Assembly: GCA_963553525.1 (NCBI GenBank)
Contig: CAUVOD010000004.1
Location: 2,125-66,124 of the forward strand
DNA length: 64,000 nucleotides
Direction of reading: 5' to 3'
Origin: an uncultured Lachnospiraceae bacterium
GTDB taxonomy: Bacteria > Bacillota > Clostridia > Lachnospirales > Lachnospiraceae
The position numbers and the translations under genes were made by a program. A model generated the notes under the pieces. That model saw only the letters and a list, made by a program, of their open reading frames with translations, searched no databases and had not been told where the DNA came from. Shown piece after piece: positions 63,263 through 64,000 of the stretch (its first letter is position 1; each line of letters starts with the position of its first letter).

Positions 63263-64000
63263 ATGAACATTTTATTTGTAAAAGGCAAGGAGGCTTTTGC
63301 CGATTATTATACAGACAAGCTCATATCCTCCGCCGAGGCCTCGGGCGCCGAATTCTATATTGTGGATTATAAGGATCCGACCTCTTTTATTTCGGATGAA
63401 TTTACCGATTTTATTAACAAAGATAAAGTAAAAACAGTATCTTTCGATCTCTCAGGTCTTGATATAAGCGACGAGGACGGCAATATCATTTTTGATAAAT
63501 ATGATATTCCTCTTTACTCAATCCTTAGCAAGCCCGTAATAGCTTACAAAGATCTGCTTTTGCAGGCAGGAGACAAAACCCATGTTATCGTAAGCGATAA
63601 AAATGACGAGCTTTATATCGAAAAGAATTTTTCCAATGTAAAGAATATTTTATATCTGCCTCTCGGAGGCTCCTTTGAAGCTTCGGAGGACGGCATGTCA
63701 AAACCCCTTGACTTTGAAAAAAGAGATATAGACGTGCTGTTCGCATTTTCCTGTGATGATGATTACACCGGCAAGGATCCGAAAATAGAATTTTTGGGTG
63801 AAGACAGCTCCGACTTTTTTGTAAAAACCGAACTGGCACTCGTGGAAACTCCATATAAGACTGTAGAAACTGTGATAAGAGAATACTGCGGAACTCTTAA
63901 GGATAAGCTGAGCGAAGAGCAGATATCGGAGCTGATAGAAAAATACTCGGATCATATAAGGGGAGGAGCAAACCGATTTAATAAGCAGGAACTGATACAC
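63263..64000 (+). CDS. Probable CgeB-like glycosyltransferase, N-terminal part (runs off right edge)
   Basis: Not in ORF track. Open frame MNILFVKGKEAFADYYTD...YLPLGG...KRDIDVLF continues to the window end. Confidence 0.6.
   Translation, partial: MNILFVKGKEAFADYYTDKLISSAEASGAEFYIVDYKDPTSFISDEFTDFINKDKVKTVSFDLSGLDISDEDGNIIFDKYDIPLYSILSKPVIAYKDLLLQAGDKTHVIVSDKNDELYIEKNFSNVKNILYLPLGGSFEASEDGMSKPLDFEKRDIDVLFAFSCDDDYTGKDPKIEFLGEDSSDFFVKTELALVETPYKTVETVIREYCGTLKDKLSEEQISELIEKYSDHIRGGANRFNKQELIH

Noticed and set aside
63585..64000. Minus-strand ORFs listed at the right edge
   Set aside because: Antisense to a continuous plus-strand frame from 63263 that looks like the real gene

Overview
64 kb of chromosome from a flagellated Clostridia, most likely Lachnospiraceae (inferred from gene content and synteny). 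The left ~2.25 kb looks like the edge of an AT-rich integrative island inserted in the 3' part of lysS. It carries the start of a type I R-M hsdR, an unknown membrane-anchored gene and a promoterless hsdS half-gene flanked by 15-bp inverted repeats (shufflon-like). The tRNA-binding C-terminal domain of LysRS appears to come from this island. The middle is housekeeping: greA, dusB, coaX, argF, SPFH/NfeD, pfkA, dnaE, LTA synthase, fhs, clpX, asnB, htrA, cdaA-cdaR-glmM, comF, recD2, mbl-flgF-flgG-flgJ and uvrA. The right ~19 kb is a glycosylation/phosphocholine island (gmd, fcl, PseC-like, glmS, WecE-like, CgeB-like glycosyltransferases, two wHTH-LicC-LicA fusions, BCCT, LicD). It has sigma-28-like promoters and tandem CsrA-type GGA-loop hairpins, which suggests a motility-coupled flagellin modification system. 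No CRISPR, rRNA or tRNA was seen. All calls come from reading motifs by eye; no searches were run.
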